NCBI GenBank assembly: GCA_045639045.1
Contig: JAZUCI010000131.1
Location: 1 to 51,110 of the forward strand
DNA from: Christensenellaceae bacterium
GTDB taxonomy: Bacteria; Bacillota; Clostridia; Christensenellales; Borkfalkiaceae
Direction of reading: 5' to 3'
DNA length: 51,110 nt
A program made the translations under genes and the position numbers. Of this stretch, positions 1 to 9,056 are shown piece by piece; within the stretch, counting starts at the first letter, position 1, and every line of letters begins with the position of its first letter. The notes under the pieces were generated by a model. It made no database searches, had not been told where the DNA came from, and was given only the letters and a program-made list of their open reading frames with translations.

Positions 1-720
1 GTTCATACGGGTAATTTGCGCGTTAGCCGCTTGAAGCCACTGTTCGTTTTCCTTTACGGTAGAATTGGGTTCTGCCGAAAGTAAACTTAAATTTGCGGAA
101 AGTACGGTGAGGGGCGTTTTTAATTCGTGCGAAGCGTTGGCAATTAGCTCGCGTTGTTTATTTAAGGCTTCCCTAGTGGGCTTGATTACGTAGTTGGAAT
201 ACATCCACGCGGCAAGCAACACCATGAGAACGCCCGCAAAAAAGCCAATCCACAGCGTTTTGCGGAAGGTGGAAAGCCATTTGCCGTCCGACGTGGCGTC
301 GTACACGGCGACGATGCGCCTTCCGTTTACAAGCTCCGCTTTGTAGCAATAGGTGTGCCCGTCCAAACGAAAGGATCCCGAGGCGTCGCTAATTTCCATT
401 AACATTTGGGGCATCATTTGCGCTTGATATTGCGAACAGTTTTCCGCAACCGTACCCTTGGGCGTTTCGGAAATAACCAAGCATTCCCCCCCGGCAAGCA
501 TTTGCGATTCCCCCCGCTTTGCGGCGGTGATGGCGTTCGTAAGTTCCGCGCCGACGCGGGCGTTTACCAAGCGGTTCATTACCGTAAAGGTTATCGTAAA
601 CAAAAGCCCCAACAAAAGTAAGGCGATCAATCCGCAAAAGGCGGTAAAACGGAAACGCGCCAAAAAGAACGCGTCCCTTTTAGAAGGATGATAAATATTG
701 ACTATCTGCGCCTTTTTCAT
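1..720 (-). CDS. Sensor histidine kinase, N-terminal ~240 codons (3' end runs off the left window edge)
   Basis: Absent from the ORF track because no stop lies inside the window. My translation of the minus strand from ATG 720-718 gives MKKAQIVNIYHPSKRDAFFLARFRFTAFCGLIALLLLGLLFTITF... It has a second hydrophobic segment TLWIGFFAGVLMVLLAAWMY and an H-box ANASHELKTPLTVL (about nt 105-150). There is an ATGA stop/start overlap with the response regulator at 717-720. Track ORFs at 389-691 are wrong frames of this gene. Confidence 0.8.
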   Translation of the reverse strand, partial: MKKAQIVNIYHPSKRDAFFLARFRFTAFCGLIALLLLGLLFTITFTVMNRLVNARVGAELTNAITAAKRGESQMLAGGECLVISETPKGTVAENCSQYQAQMMPQMLMEISDASGSFRLDGHTYCYKAELVNGRRIVAVYDATSDGKWLSTFRKTLWIGFFAGVLMVLLAAWMYSNYVIKPTREALNKQRELIANASHELKTPLTVLSANLSLLSAEPNSTVKENEQWLQAANAQITRMN

Positions 721-1394
721 CCGTTTTTCTCCATAAGTTGATAACCCACGCCGCGCACCGCGGTTACGGTTACGTTGGATTCTAAAAAGGCAAGTTTTTT
801 TCTTAAGAAAGACATATACGCTTCCAAATTATTACTTTCAAAATCGTTATCCCAACCCCAAACCTTACTAATGATTTCTTCTTTTTCCGCAACGAAGCTG
901 GGGCGTTCGAGCAAATAGCGCATAATTTCGTATTCTTTACCCGAAAGCTTTACCGTTTTTCCCCCGCATTCCAACCGATAACCCGAAAGGCGCAAGGTGA
1001 TATCCCCATAAGTAAGGGTATCTTCACGGTATTCCCCACCGCGGCGGCAAAGCGCGCGGATTCGCGCCAAAAGTTCTTCGGCGTCAAAGGGTTTGGCAAG
1101 GTAATCGTCCGCGCCGATATCCAGCCCCTTGACTTTATCCGCAGGTTGCGAAAGGGCGGTAAGCATAAGTACGGGGGTGGTAATTTTTTTAGCGCGCAGT
1201 TCCTTTAACATGGAAAAACCGTTCATTTTGGGCATCATTACGTCCAACAAAATAACGTCGTATATCCCCGAAGTGGCATACAGTAACCCTTCTTCCCCAT
1301 CGTAGGCCGCGTCCGTATCGTACTTGTGCTTGCGAAGGATGGAACAAAGCGCTTCGGATAAACTCTTTTCGTCTTCCACAACTAAAACACGCAT
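717..1394 (-). CDS. OmpR/PhoB-family response regulator
   Basis: 225 aa. Receiver motifs: MRVLVVEDE, ILLDVMMPKMNG, LMLTAL, KPF. The C-terminal winged-helix output ends in TVTAVRGVGYQL. Translationally coupled to the downstream kinase. Confidence 0.92.
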   Translation of the reverse strand: MRVLVVEDEKSLSEALCSILRKHKYDTDAAYDGEEGLLYATSGIYDVILLDVMMPKMNGFSMLKELRAKKITTPVLMLTALSQPADKVKGLDIGADDYLAKPFDAEELLARIRALCRRGGEYREDTLTYGDITLRLSGYRLECGGKTVKLSGKEYEIMRYLLERPSFVAEKEEIISKVWGWDNDFESNNLEAYMSFLRKKLAFLESNVTVTAVRGVGYQLMEKNG

Positions 1395-1582
1395 ATTTTA
1401 CCCCCTTTTTTAAGCAGTATACGGCATTTCGCTTAAATAAAACTTAAAAGAAAGGGACGTTTTTTGCCGTTTTTCCTTCGGTTTTATACGGTTATTATAC
1501 CATAAACACGCATAAAAAACAATAAAAATGGAACTTTTTATCAGGAATATCCCCCATTTTTACATTTTTTTTCAAAACCCTA

Positions 1583-1611
1583 TTGAAATTTTTCCGCCGT
1601 CATATTATAAT
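1583..1611 (+). promoter_or_regulatory. Sigma-A-type promoter for the EF-G-like gene (TTGAAA-17-TATAAT)
   Basis: ttgaaa at 1583-1588, a 17-nt spacer, tataat at 1606-1611. It lies about 45 nt upstream of the AAAGGAG RBS and the ATG at 1657. Confidence 0.5.
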
Positions 1612-1656
1612 ATCGGTATACAATGATAGCCGAACCCCATTCGGAAAGGAGCGCTT

Positions 1657-3669
1657 ATGAAACAGTATTTAGCAAAAGACATTAAAAACGTTGCAATCAT
1701 CGGACATAGCGGCGAAGGAAAAACCTCCCTTTTAGAAGCCCTTTTGTTTAACGCAAAAATGATTGACCGTATGGGAAAGACTACCGAAGGAAATACCGTT
1801 TCGGATTTTGATAAAGAAGAAATCGCAAGGGAAATTTCGGTATCCCTTTCCGCTTGTCACCTATACGCGGGCGAATGCAAAATTAACCTTTTAGACGTAC
1901 CCGGCTTTTTTGATTTTGAAGGGGAAAAGGTTGCCGCGCTTGCCGCTTGCGGTAGCGTAATTATCGTATGCGACGCAAACAAAAATCTTTCGGTTGGTAC
2001 CGAACGGGCGCTGCATTACGTACGCGAACATAAAATTCCCGCTATCGTATTTATTAACGGCATGGATAAGGACAACGCCGATTACTTTGGCACGGTAGAA
2101 GCCTTACACGAAATGCTTCCCGGCGCGATTGCCCCCGTGCAAATTCCCATTATGGAAAACGGAAAAATGCAAGGTTACGTTAGCTTGATGAGCGGAAACA
2201 GTTATTTGTTTAGCCCGGACGGCAGAACGAAAATTGATATGCCCGATTCCCTAAAGGACGAATATGAAAAACTGTTTAACGAAATGACCGAAGTTGCCGC
2301 TTCTTCGGACGACGCGCTAATGGAAAAATTCTTTGAAGAAGGCGCGCTTAGCAAGGAAGAAGTAGTTGCGGGTGTAAAATACGGTTTGAAAACGGGTAGC
2401 GCAATCCCCGTTCTTTCGGGTAGCGCCCTGATGAACCGCGGGGTTATTAACCTTTTGGATAACCTTGTTAGACTTGCCCCCTCGGCTGCAGACCGTTCCA
2501 TTTTTGCGGATGAAACCGCGCCCTTCAGCGCGCAAGTATTCCAAACGGTGGCAGACCCGTTTATCGGCAGACTTTCCTTAATGAAAATTAAAAGCGGTAC
2601 CATGAAGAGCGGGATGTCCGTTTACAACCTAACCACGGGGGAAACCGAAAAAATTAACGCGCTTTCCCTGCCCCAAGGCAAAAAGCAACTTGCCGTAAGC
2701 GAAGCGTTTGCGGGGGATATCGTTGCCGTATCCAAACTGACGGGGGTAAAAACGGGCGACACCCTTTCGGAAGACGCTTCCGCCCTTCCCTATCCCCACT
2801 TTGAATATCCCGCATCCAACTACAAGGTGGCGGTAACCGCCGAACGCGGTGAAGAAGATAAAACCTTCCAAGGACTTTCCCGTTTGGCAGAAGAAAACCC
2901 CACGCTGAAAGTAGAAAAAGACCCCTTAACGGGGGAAACCGTTCTTTCCGCGCCCGGGGACGTTGCCGTAGAAGTTACCTTTGGTAAACTAAAAAACAAA
3001 TTCGGCGTAACCGCTAAATACGCGTTGCCCGTAATCCCCTACCGTGAAAGTATTAGAAAATCCGCCGAAGCGCGTGGTAAACACAAAAAGCAAACGGGTG
3101 GGCACGGTCAGTTTGGGGATGCAGCTATCCGCTTTGAACCTTGCGAAAGCGAATTTGAATTCGTGGATAAAATCGTGGGGGGCGTAGTTCCCAAAAACTA
3201 TATCCCTGCGGTAGAAAAGGGACTTGTAGATTGCATGAAGAAGGGCACCCTGGCGGGCTTCCCCGTAAGCGGCGTACGCGCTACCCTTTACGATGGCAGT
3301 TATCACGACGTAGACAGTTCGGACTTGGCCTTCCAACTTGCGGCGGCGCTTGCTTATAAGGAAGCAATGCCTAAAGCAAACCCCGTACTTTTGGAACCCG
3401 TTTACTCCTTTAAAATCCGCGTACCTAACGCGTATCTTGGGGATATCCTTGGGGATATGAACCGCCGCCGCGGCCGTATTTTAGGTATGGAAATGCACGG
3501 GGGCGAACAGGAAGTGCTTGCCGAAGCGCCCATTTCCGAAATGCAACGCTATGCGGTAGAACTGAGAAGTATGACGCAAGGCAGAGCAAGTTATACCATG
3601 GAATTTGCCCGCTACGAGGACGTACCTTTTACCGAAGCGCAAAAGATTATCGCAGCAAATAATCAATAA
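1657..3669 (+). CDS. Elongation factor G paralog (EF-G-like translational GTPase family, degenerate G motifs)
   Basis: 670 aa. G1 is GHSGEGKTS, the switch I region is GNTVSDFDKEEIAREISV, G3 is DVPGFFDF and G4 is NGMD. EF-G domain III-V-like C-terminus (GGHGQFGD, YHDVDSS). Good RBS. Confidence 0.85.
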   Translation: MKQYLAKDIKNVAIIGHSGEGKTSLLEALLFNAKMIDRMGKTTEGNTVSDFDKEEIAREISVSLSACHLYAGECKINLLDVPGFFDFEGEKVAALAACGSVIIVCDANKNLSVGTERALHYVREHKIPAIVFINGMDKDNADYFGTVEALHEMLPGAIAPVQIPIMENGKMQGYVSLMSGNSYLFSPDGRTKIDMPDSLKDEYEKLFNEMTEVAASSDDALMEKFFEEGALSKEEVVAGVKYGLKTGSAIPVLSGSALMNRGVINLLDNLVRLAPSAADRSIFADETAPFSAQVFQTVADPFIGRLSLMKIKSGTMKSGMSVYNLTTGETEKINALSLPQGKKQLAVSEAFAGDIVAVSKLTGVKTGDTLSEDASALPYPHFEYPASNYKVAVTAERGEEDKTFQGLSRLAEENPTLKVEKDPLTGETVLSAPGDVAVEVTFGKLKNKFGVTAKYALPVIPYRESIRKSAEARGKHKKQTGGHGQFGDAAIRFEPCESEFEFVDKIVGGVVPKNYIPAVEKGLVDCMKKGTLAGFPVSGVRATLYDGSYHDVDSSDLAFQLAAALAYKEAMPKANPVLLEPVYSFKIRVPNAYLGDILGDMNRRRGRILGMEMHGGEQEVLAEAPISEMQRYAVELRSMTQGRASYTMEFARYEDVPFTEAQKIIAANNQ

Positions 3670-3682
3670 TTAAAAAGCAAAA

Positions 3683-3716
3683 AAAGCCCCCGCAACTGCT
3701 CGTTGCGGGGGCTTTT
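3683..3716. terminator. Bidirectional intrinsic terminator between convergent EF-G-like gene and argS
   Basis: Stem agcccccgcaac / gttgcgggggct with a 5-nt loop. An A-run lies upstream and a T-run downstream, so a U-tract follows the hairpin on both strands. Confidence 0.75.
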
Positions 3717-3719
3717 ATT

Positions 3720-5408
3720 TTACATTCTTTGGGGCGTTTCAATGCCAAGAAGGGAAAGGGCGGTTTTAATTACCGTGTGCGTTGCTTTGGTAAGGGCCAA
3801 GCGCATTGCCTTAATTTCGGGTTCCGCATCCAAAATTTTGCATTCGAAATAGAACTTATTGTACGCTTGCGCTAAATCCACCGCAAAGCGGGTAACGAAG
3901 GAAGGTTCGCGCTTTTCGGCTGCGTTTTTCACCGTTTCGGGGAAGGAAGCAAGTAAGGAAGCCACTTCAAATTCCGCATCCGTTACGGGGCAAACGCCGT
4001 TAGGATTAAAGGTGAAATCCCCTGCCTTTTCCAATACGCTGGCGCATCTTGCGGCGGTGTACTGTACGTAGGGGCCCGTTTCCCCGTCAAAGTTCGTTAC
4101 TTTATTGATATCAAACACTACGTCCTTAATTTTGGAACTGAGTAACGCGCCGAAAATAACGGCTGCGGTACCCACCATACGGGATACTTCTTCTTTATTT
4201 TCCAATTCGCGGTTGCGTTCTTCCATAAGCTCGCGACTTTTTTGGATGCAGGTTTCAATTACGTCTTCCAAGAACACGACGTTGCCCTTACGGGTACTCA
4301 TTGCGCCCGTAGCAAGCGATACCATACCGAAGGCTACGTGTTCCATATCCCCTGCAAAATCTTCGCCAAGAAGATCCAAAACCTTAAAAATTTGCTTGAA
4401 GTGCAGGTTTTGTTGGTAGGCTACCACGTATAAGCACTTATAAAAATCGTACGTTTGCTTTCTGTAATACGCGGCGGCTAAATCGCGCGTTGCGTACAAG
4501 GTTGCGCCGTCCGCCTTCAAAATTAAGCAAGGGGGCATACCGTGTTCTTCCAAATCCACTACCTTTGCGCCTTCGCTTTCCTTTAACAGCCCTTTTTCCT
4601 GTAAACGGTCGATTACGGGTTGCATTTTATCGTTATAGAAACTTTCGCCCGCGTAGCTATCAAACTTAATGTTCAGTAAATCGTAAATCTTTTGTACGTC
4701 TAAAAGGGTTAAATCGCGGAACCAATGGAACAGGCGCAAGCATTCTTCGTCCCCTTCCTCAATCTTTTTGAAGTATCCGCGCGCCTCTTCTTCTAACGCG
4801 GGGTCCTTTTCCGCTTCTTCGTGGAAACGAACGTAAATTTTCATCAGTTCGCGAACGCGACCTTGTTGGATTTTTTCTTCATCCCCCCAGCGCTTGTAGG
4901 CGGAAATCAGTTTACCGAACTGCGTACCCCAATCACCAAGGTGATTGATGCCCACCGCTTTATAACCCAAAAAGTTAAAAATACGGTACAACGCGCCGCC
5001 GATAACCGTGGTGAGCAAATGCCCGATATGGAAGGGTTTTGCGATGTTAATAGAAGAATAGTCGATACAAATAACCTTGCCTTCCCCTTGGGTGGAAGAG
5101 CCGTATGCTTCCCCTTTTTCGGATACTTCGGAAAGCACCGCCGAAGTAAGACCAAAGCGGGAAATACGGAAGTTTAAGTAACCCGAAAGGGCGGTAACGC
5201 TTTCAATTACCTGATCGGGCGCGATGGTTTTAGCAAGTTCTTCCGCAATCATAGCGGGGCTTTTTCTTAAAACCTTGGCAAAAGGGAAACACGGCAGGGC
5301 GTAATCCCCCATTTCACGCGTGGGAGGAACGGCAATCATACCGCGAATTTGGGATGCATCCACCCCGTCTACTTTAATTTTTTCCGCAATATAGGCTTTG
5401 TAATCCAT
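3720..5408 (-). CDS. argS: Arginine--tRNA ligase
   Basis: 562 aa. HIGH motif is PFHIGHL and the KMSKS-like motif is AMSTRKG. C-terminal anticodon-binding domain ends in ...GIETPQRM, as is typical for ArgS. Confidence 0.95.
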   Translation of the reverse strand: MDYKAYIAEKIKVDGVDASQIRGMIAVPPTREMGDYALPCFPFAKVLRKSPAMIAEELAKTIAPDQVIESVTALSGYLNFRISRFGLTSAVLSEVSEKGEAYGSSTQGEGKVICIDYSSINIAKPFHIGHLLTTVIGGALYRIFNFLGYKAVGINHLGDWGTQFGKLISAYKRWGDEEKIQQGRVRELMKIYVRFHEEAEKDPALEEEARGYFKKIEEGDEECLRLFHWFRDLTLLDVQKIYDLLNIKFDSYAGESFYNDKMQPVIDRLQEKGLLKESEGAKVVDLEEHGMPPCLILKADGATLYATRDLAAAYYRKQTYDFYKCLYVVAYQQNLHFKQIFKVLDLLGEDFAGDMEHVAFGMVSLATGAMSTRKGNVVFLEDVIETCIQKSRELMEERNRELENKEEVSRMVGTAAVIFGALLSSKIKDVVFDINKVTNFDGETGPYVQYTAARCASVLEKAGDFTFNPNGVCPVTDAEFEVASLLASFPETVKNAAEKREPSFVTRFAVDLAQAYNKFYFECKILDAEPEIKAMRLALTKATHTVIKTALSLLGIETPQRM

Positions 5409-5441
5409 AAGAATTTCCTTTCTTTTCGTTTTTTCCCTTGT

Positions 5442-5470
5442 ATTTTAGCATATTTCACGCGCGAAAGCAA
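5442..5470 (-). promoter_or_regulatory. Putative sigma-A promoter for argS (TTGCTT-17-TAAAAT, TG-extended)
   Basis: Minus strand reads ttgctt tcgcgcgtgaaatatgc taaaat. About 30 nt upstream of the argS RBS. Confidence 0.4.
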
Positions 5471-5508
5471 ACAAATTAGCGAAAAAGAAGAAAAACCCTT
5501 TGAAATGT

Positions 5509-5537
5509 TTGGAACTTTTTTGAAAATGTGCTAAAAT
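5509..5537 (+). promoter_or_regulatory. Putative sigma-A promoter for ychF (TTGGAA-17-TAAAAT, TG-extended)
   Basis: ttggaa at 5509-5514, a 17-nt spacer ending in tgc, taaaat at 5532-5537. Confidence 0.5.
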
Positions 5538-5571
5538 AGAAAAAGCGTAAAACGCGAAGGAGAAAGTGAAT

Positions 5572-6669
5572 ATGAAATTAGGCGTTGTAGGACTTCCCAA
5601 CGTGGGAAAATCCACCTTGTTTAACGCAATTACCAAGGCGGGGGCGGAAGCCGCAAACTACCCCTTTTGCACCATAGAGCCCAACGTGGGCATCGTTGCC
5701 GTTCCGGACGAACGTTTGGATAAACTTGCCGCGTTATATAATAGCAAAAAAGTTACCCCGGCGGTGGTTGAATTCGTGGATATTGCAGGTCTTGTAAAAG
5801 GCGCAAGCAAGGGCGAAGGTTTGGGGAACAAATTCCTTTCGCACATCCGTGAAGTAGACGCAATCGTTCACGTAGTGCGCTGCTTTGAAGATGGAAACGT
5901 TATTCACGTAGAAAATTCGGTAGACCCCGTTCGCGATATTAAAACCATTAATTTAGAACTGATTTTATCCGATTTGGAAACGGTGCAAAAGCGTTTTGAC
6001 CGCGTACAATCCCTGGTAAAAACGGGGGATAAAAAATATAAGGAAGAAGCGGCGGTGCTTGAAAAGGTATTAAAGCACTTGGAAAACGAACAACCCGCGC
6101 GCACCCTTCCCCTTACCGAAGAAGAACAAACCATCCTTTACGGAATGTTCTTGCTTACCGCAAAACCCGTAATTTACGCGGCGAACGTTAGCGAAGGCGA
6201 CGCGGGCAAAAACGAGGACGAAATCCCCTTCGTTTGCAAGGTAAAGGAATTTGCCAAAGGGGAAAACGCGGAAGTTTTGATGATTTCCGCCAAAGCCGAA
6301 GAAGAAATTTCCGCTTTAGACGCGGAAGAACAAGAACTGTTCCTTGCAGATATGGGACTTGCCGAAAGCGGGCTTAGCCGTTTGATTAAAAAATCCTACG
6401 CCCTGCTTGGCTTAATCAGTTACTTAACGGCGGGCGAAAAGGAAACGCGCGCTTGGACCATAGTAAACGGCACCAAAGCCCCCCAAGCTGCGGGAAAAAT
6501 CCATACGGACTTTGAAAAAGGGTTTATCCGCGCGGAAGTAGTGGATTACGAAACTTTACTTACCCTTGGCAGTTATAACGCCGCAAAGGAAGCGGGGAAA
6601 GTTCGTAGCGAAGGAAAAGAATACGTGTTCCGCGATGGGGACGTAGTTTTATTCCGCTTTAACGTATAA
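5572..6669 (+). CDS. ychF: Ribosome-binding ATPase YchF
   Basis: MKLGVVGLPNVGKSTLFNA P-loop, central coiled-coil insert and a TGS-like C-terminus. I prefer ATG 5572 (AAGGAG is 9 nt upstream) over the track GTG at 5566. Confidence 0.93.
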   Translation: MKLGVVGLPNVGKSTLFNAITKAGAEAANYPFCTIEPNVGIVAVPDERLDKLAALYNSKKVTPAVVEFVDIAGLVKGASKGEGLGNKFLSHIREVDAIVHVVRCFEDGNVIHVENSVDPVRDIKTINLELILSDLETVQKRFDRVQSLVKTGDKKYKEEAAVLEKVLKHLENEQPARTLPLTEEEQTILYGMFLLTAKPVIYAANVSEGDAGKNEDEIPFVCKVKEFAKGENAEVLMISAKAEEEISALDAEEQELFLADMGLAESGLSRLIKKSYALLGLISYLTAGEKETRAWTIVNGTKAPQAAGKIHTDFEKGFIRAEVVDYETLLTLGSYNAAKEAGKVRSEGKEYVFRDGDVVLFRFNV

Positions 6670-6682
6670 CGAAAAACACGTA

Positions 6683-6716
6683 CCGCCCAAGCGAAACGCG
6701 CTTGGGCGGTTTTTTA
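6683..6716 (+). terminator. Intrinsic terminator after ychF
   Basis: ccgcccaagcg / cgcttgggcgg stem followed by tttttt. Confidence 0.75.
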
Positions 6717-6760
6717 ACGAAATAACGGAAGAGTGCGAAAAGAGAATATTGGCGTATAAA

Positions 6761-6790
6761 ACAAAAGGTCGGGATTTACCCGACCTTTAC
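6761..6790 (-). terminator. Intrinsic terminator after the lipoprotein gene
   Basis: ggtcggg attta cccgacc hairpin. On the minus strand it is followed by cuuuugu. Confidence 0.5.
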
Positions 6791-6802
6791 TTTTCTATTA
6801 AA

Positions 6803-7393
6803 TTATACGGTTACTTTTTCCAAAACGCGGAGTAAGTATGCACCGCCGCCCTTATGGTTGCAAGTAATCAAACGATAGCCGGTGGGCACGTAGAACAGTT
6901 TGGGAATCAAACTATCTTTGCAGTCAACCGAATCCTTTGCATACAATTGAACGAATTGCTTGTTGCCAATGTAGATGAAATAACCGGTAGTTTCATCCGC
7001 GCGGGTGCCGTAGTTTAACAAAATGATTCTACCCGTAGGAACTCTACCTTGTCTGGTTGCGAACAAGTCGGTAACCAACGCTTGCACGTATTGTTCTTGC
7101 ATGCTTTCGTAATCGCCCGTACCTTGATAAGAACCAAATTCCGCAGTATTGAAACCATCTTGCGTAACCGTGATTACTTTAGAAGTATCTTTTACCGAGA
7201 AGGGAATGGTCAATTCGGAGTTTTTCTTGTTTTTTTCGATAAAGGAATCGATTAATTCTTGCGCTTTTGCTACTGCCGCTTCGTTATATTCACCGCCGAT
7301 TTTCGCATCAACGCTACCGCAACCTACCGCAAAGCAGGCAACGAAGGTCATCACTAAAACGGCCAAAAGTGTTAAAATTTTACGCGTTCTCAT
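6803..7393 (-). CDS. Hypothetical lipoprotein (orphan)
   Basis: 196 aa. Signal peptide MRTRKILTLLAVLVMTFVACFAVGC with lipobox AVG|C. GGAGGG RBS. No recognisable catalytic motif. Confidence 0.7.
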   Translation of the reverse strand: MRTRKILTLLAVLVMTFVACFAVGCGSVDAKIGGEYNEAAVAKAQELIDSFIEKNKKNSELTIPFSVKDTSKVITVTQDGFNTAEFGSYQGTGDYESMQEQYVQALVTDLFATRQGRVPTGRIILLNYGTRADETTGYFIYIGNKQFVQLYAKDSVDCKDSLIPKLFYVPTGYRLITCNHKGGGAYLLRVLEKVTV

Positions 7394-7426
7394 AAAAGAA
7401 CCCTCCGTGTTATTTTATCTTCATAT

Positions 7427-7455
7427 ATTCTATCAAGTATTTTAGCGTTTGTCAA
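7427..7455 (-). promoter_or_regulatory. Sigma-A promoter for the lipoprotein gene (TTGACA-17-TAGAAT)
   Basis: Minus strand reads ttgaca aacgctaaaatacttga tagaat. Confidence 0.55.
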
Positions 7456-7525
7456 GTAGTTCTGAAATGTTTTAGAGTTTTTTTAGTAAAATTTCTACCG
7501 ACAACCGTACTTTTATTGCAAACGA

Positions 7526-7553
7526 ATAAAAAAGCCACCCCAAAGGGGTGGCC
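7526..7553 (-). terminator. Intrinsic terminator after the 165-aa membrane protein gene
   Basis: gccacccc aaa ggggtggc hairpin, followed on the minus strand by uuuuuua. Confidence 0.75.
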
Positions 7554-7565
7554 ATATACTTTTCT

Positions 7566-8063
7566 TTACACGTTGGGAACGGAAGCAAGCACCCTGCCAA
7601 ACGCAGTTTTTACGTCTCTTACCGCAGAAGCGCTATCCACGGAGATAACGTTCAACGAAAATTCTGCGTCCGCATGGCCGCCGAACACTTGCGCTTGGAA
7701 ATCCTTACCGTAGGTAACGAGTTGCGCGAACAAGTTGCCGTTCTTTAATAAAAGGCGCAAAACACGGAATTTGCCAAGGCGGAATTCTTCGTCCGCTGCG
7801 GTGGCTTTTACCGTAATATCTTTGGTTTCGTTTACGCGTTCAAGGATTGCTTCATAATACTTTTTCTGATCGGCGGTAAGCGCTTCCACAAATGCAGTTT
7901 CGGAAACTTCTTCCGCTTCGCCATTTAGTTTTCTTGCCATTGCCTTGCGGGTTGCATCCACAATTACGGCAATCAAAAACGCTTCTACTAAAACGGATGC
8001 GGCGATAATTGCAGCAATCATCACGGGCTTCGTAATGAAAGACCAAGCTAAAAATTGTAACAT
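7566..8063 (-). CDS. Hypothetical N-terminally membrane-anchored protein (orphan)
   Basis: Track ORF is 7566-8075. The GGAGGG inside its first codons sits 5 nt before the second ATG (8063), so I take MLQFLAWSFITKPVMIAAIIAASVLVEAFLIAVIV... as the start. One TM helix, then a soluble domain of about 125 aa. Confidence 0.6.
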   Translation of the reverse strand: MLQFLAWSFITKPVMIAAIIAASVLVEAFLIAVIVDATRKAMARKLNGEAEEVSETAFVEALTADQKKYYEAILERVNETKDITVKATAADEEFRLGKFRVLRLLLKNGNLFAQLVTYGKDFQAQVFGGHADAEFSLNVISVDSASAVRDVKTAFGRVLASVPNV

Positions 8064-8135
8064 TTTACCCTCCATTTCCGTACTTTTCTAATAACGAACA
8101 AGAAAAAGTAACGATGACGCTATAATAATGTATTC

Positions 8136-8164
8136 ATTATAACACTACTTTTTGCGAAATGCAA
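8136..8164 (-). promoter_or_regulatory. Sigma-A promoter (TTGCAT-17-TATAAT) for the 7566-8063 gene
   Basis: Minus strand reads ttgcat ttcgcaaaaagtagtgt tataat. Confidence 0.55.
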
Positions 8165-8211
8165 GTGTTTCCTAAAATTTTTTTGATTTTATTCGTGAAT
8201 AAGCAACGGGG

Positions 8212-9018
8212 TTACTTTTTTTCATTGAAATACACTTCCCCGTTATACGAGCCCAAAACACAAATGCCACACGCTTTTTGGAAAATCAATTTTTCGCATC
8301 CCATAACCAAAAGAAAGGAATTTTTAGAAAAGGTTACGCTTACGCTTCCATCGGTATTATACGCTATATCTTTACATAAAAATTGCGCATCCCTACCGAT
8401 AGGGTGTAGGTAAAACTTTTGTTTTTGTACATACACGCATCCTTCCATACCGCAAGCAACCATACAACCCTTATCTATTTGTTGAAGGATATTTAGCGTT
8501 TTCGTTTTTGCCGAATAGGAAAAATATACGCCTAATACGCTTTTTGAGGTATTACTCCTTCCCCCACCTGACAAACAGCCCACCGTTCGCGAGTACAAAT
8601 TGAAAAAACCGTATGCAATTTGGTTTTCCCTATCGTATTCTATGGCGTAGATACTATATGCCTGTATGGAATTTTTTACATAGCGTTCGGTAAAAAGAGC
8701 AATCACCCCTTCGTACCCTTCCGCCTCGTAGTCATAGCCTCTTCTTGCGAAATTAGAATCGCAAACCGCTACGCACTCTTTTTGATAGTAATAGCCGTCG
8801 GGAGGTATTCCTTCCCCTTTTTCCACAATGTCGTTTGCAACGGTTAGCTTAGTATTTTCCCCGCAATAAAACACTTCGCTTTGGTCTTCTTGAGGATGAA
8901 CGTAACGAACGTGAGTAAAGCAGTCGCTACCACTAAAAGCGGCAAAAAAGCTGGGTAGAAACCAAACCAAAAGGCAAATAAACAGTAAAAATCCCACAAG
9001 ACCTACCGCCATCCACAT
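8212..9018 (-). CDS. Hypothetical Cys-rich membrane-anchored/secreted protein (orphan)
   Basis: 268 aa. N-terminal TM/signal anchor MWMAVGLVGFLLFICLLVWFLPSFFAAF, then a Tyr/Cys-rich extracytoplasmic domain. AT-rich relative to neighbours. No obvious SD. Confidence 0.55.
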   Translation of the reverse strand: MWMAVGLVGFLLFICLLVWFLPSFFAAFSGSDCFTHVRYVHPQEDQSEVFYCGENTKLTVANDIVEKGEGIPPDGYYYQKECVAVCDSNFARRGYDYEAEGYEGVIALFTERYVKNSIQAYSIYAIEYDRENQIAYGFFNLYSRTVGCLSGGGRSNTSKSVLGVYFSYSAKTKTLNILQQIDKGCMVACGMEGCVYVQKQKFYLHPIGRDAQFLCKDIAYNTDGSVSVTFSKNSFLLVMGCEKLIFQKACGICVLGSYNGEVYFNEKK

Positions 9019-9056
9019 GCAAAATTTTAAAATGCTTTTGCCTAATCCTTATTCCT

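Noticed and set aside
389-691. Three small track ORFs (389-637 minus, 406-621 plus, 458-691 plus)
   Set aside because: All lie inside the histidine-kinase reading frame (1-720, minus). That frame is open across the whole region and carries TM segments and an H-box.
5409-5571. Possible T-box leader upstream of argS
   Set aside because: Only about 160 nt separate argS from divergent ychF, and both promoters fit in that space. I see no specifier-loop or T-box (AGGGTGGNACCGCG-like) sequence and no terminator/antiterminator pair.
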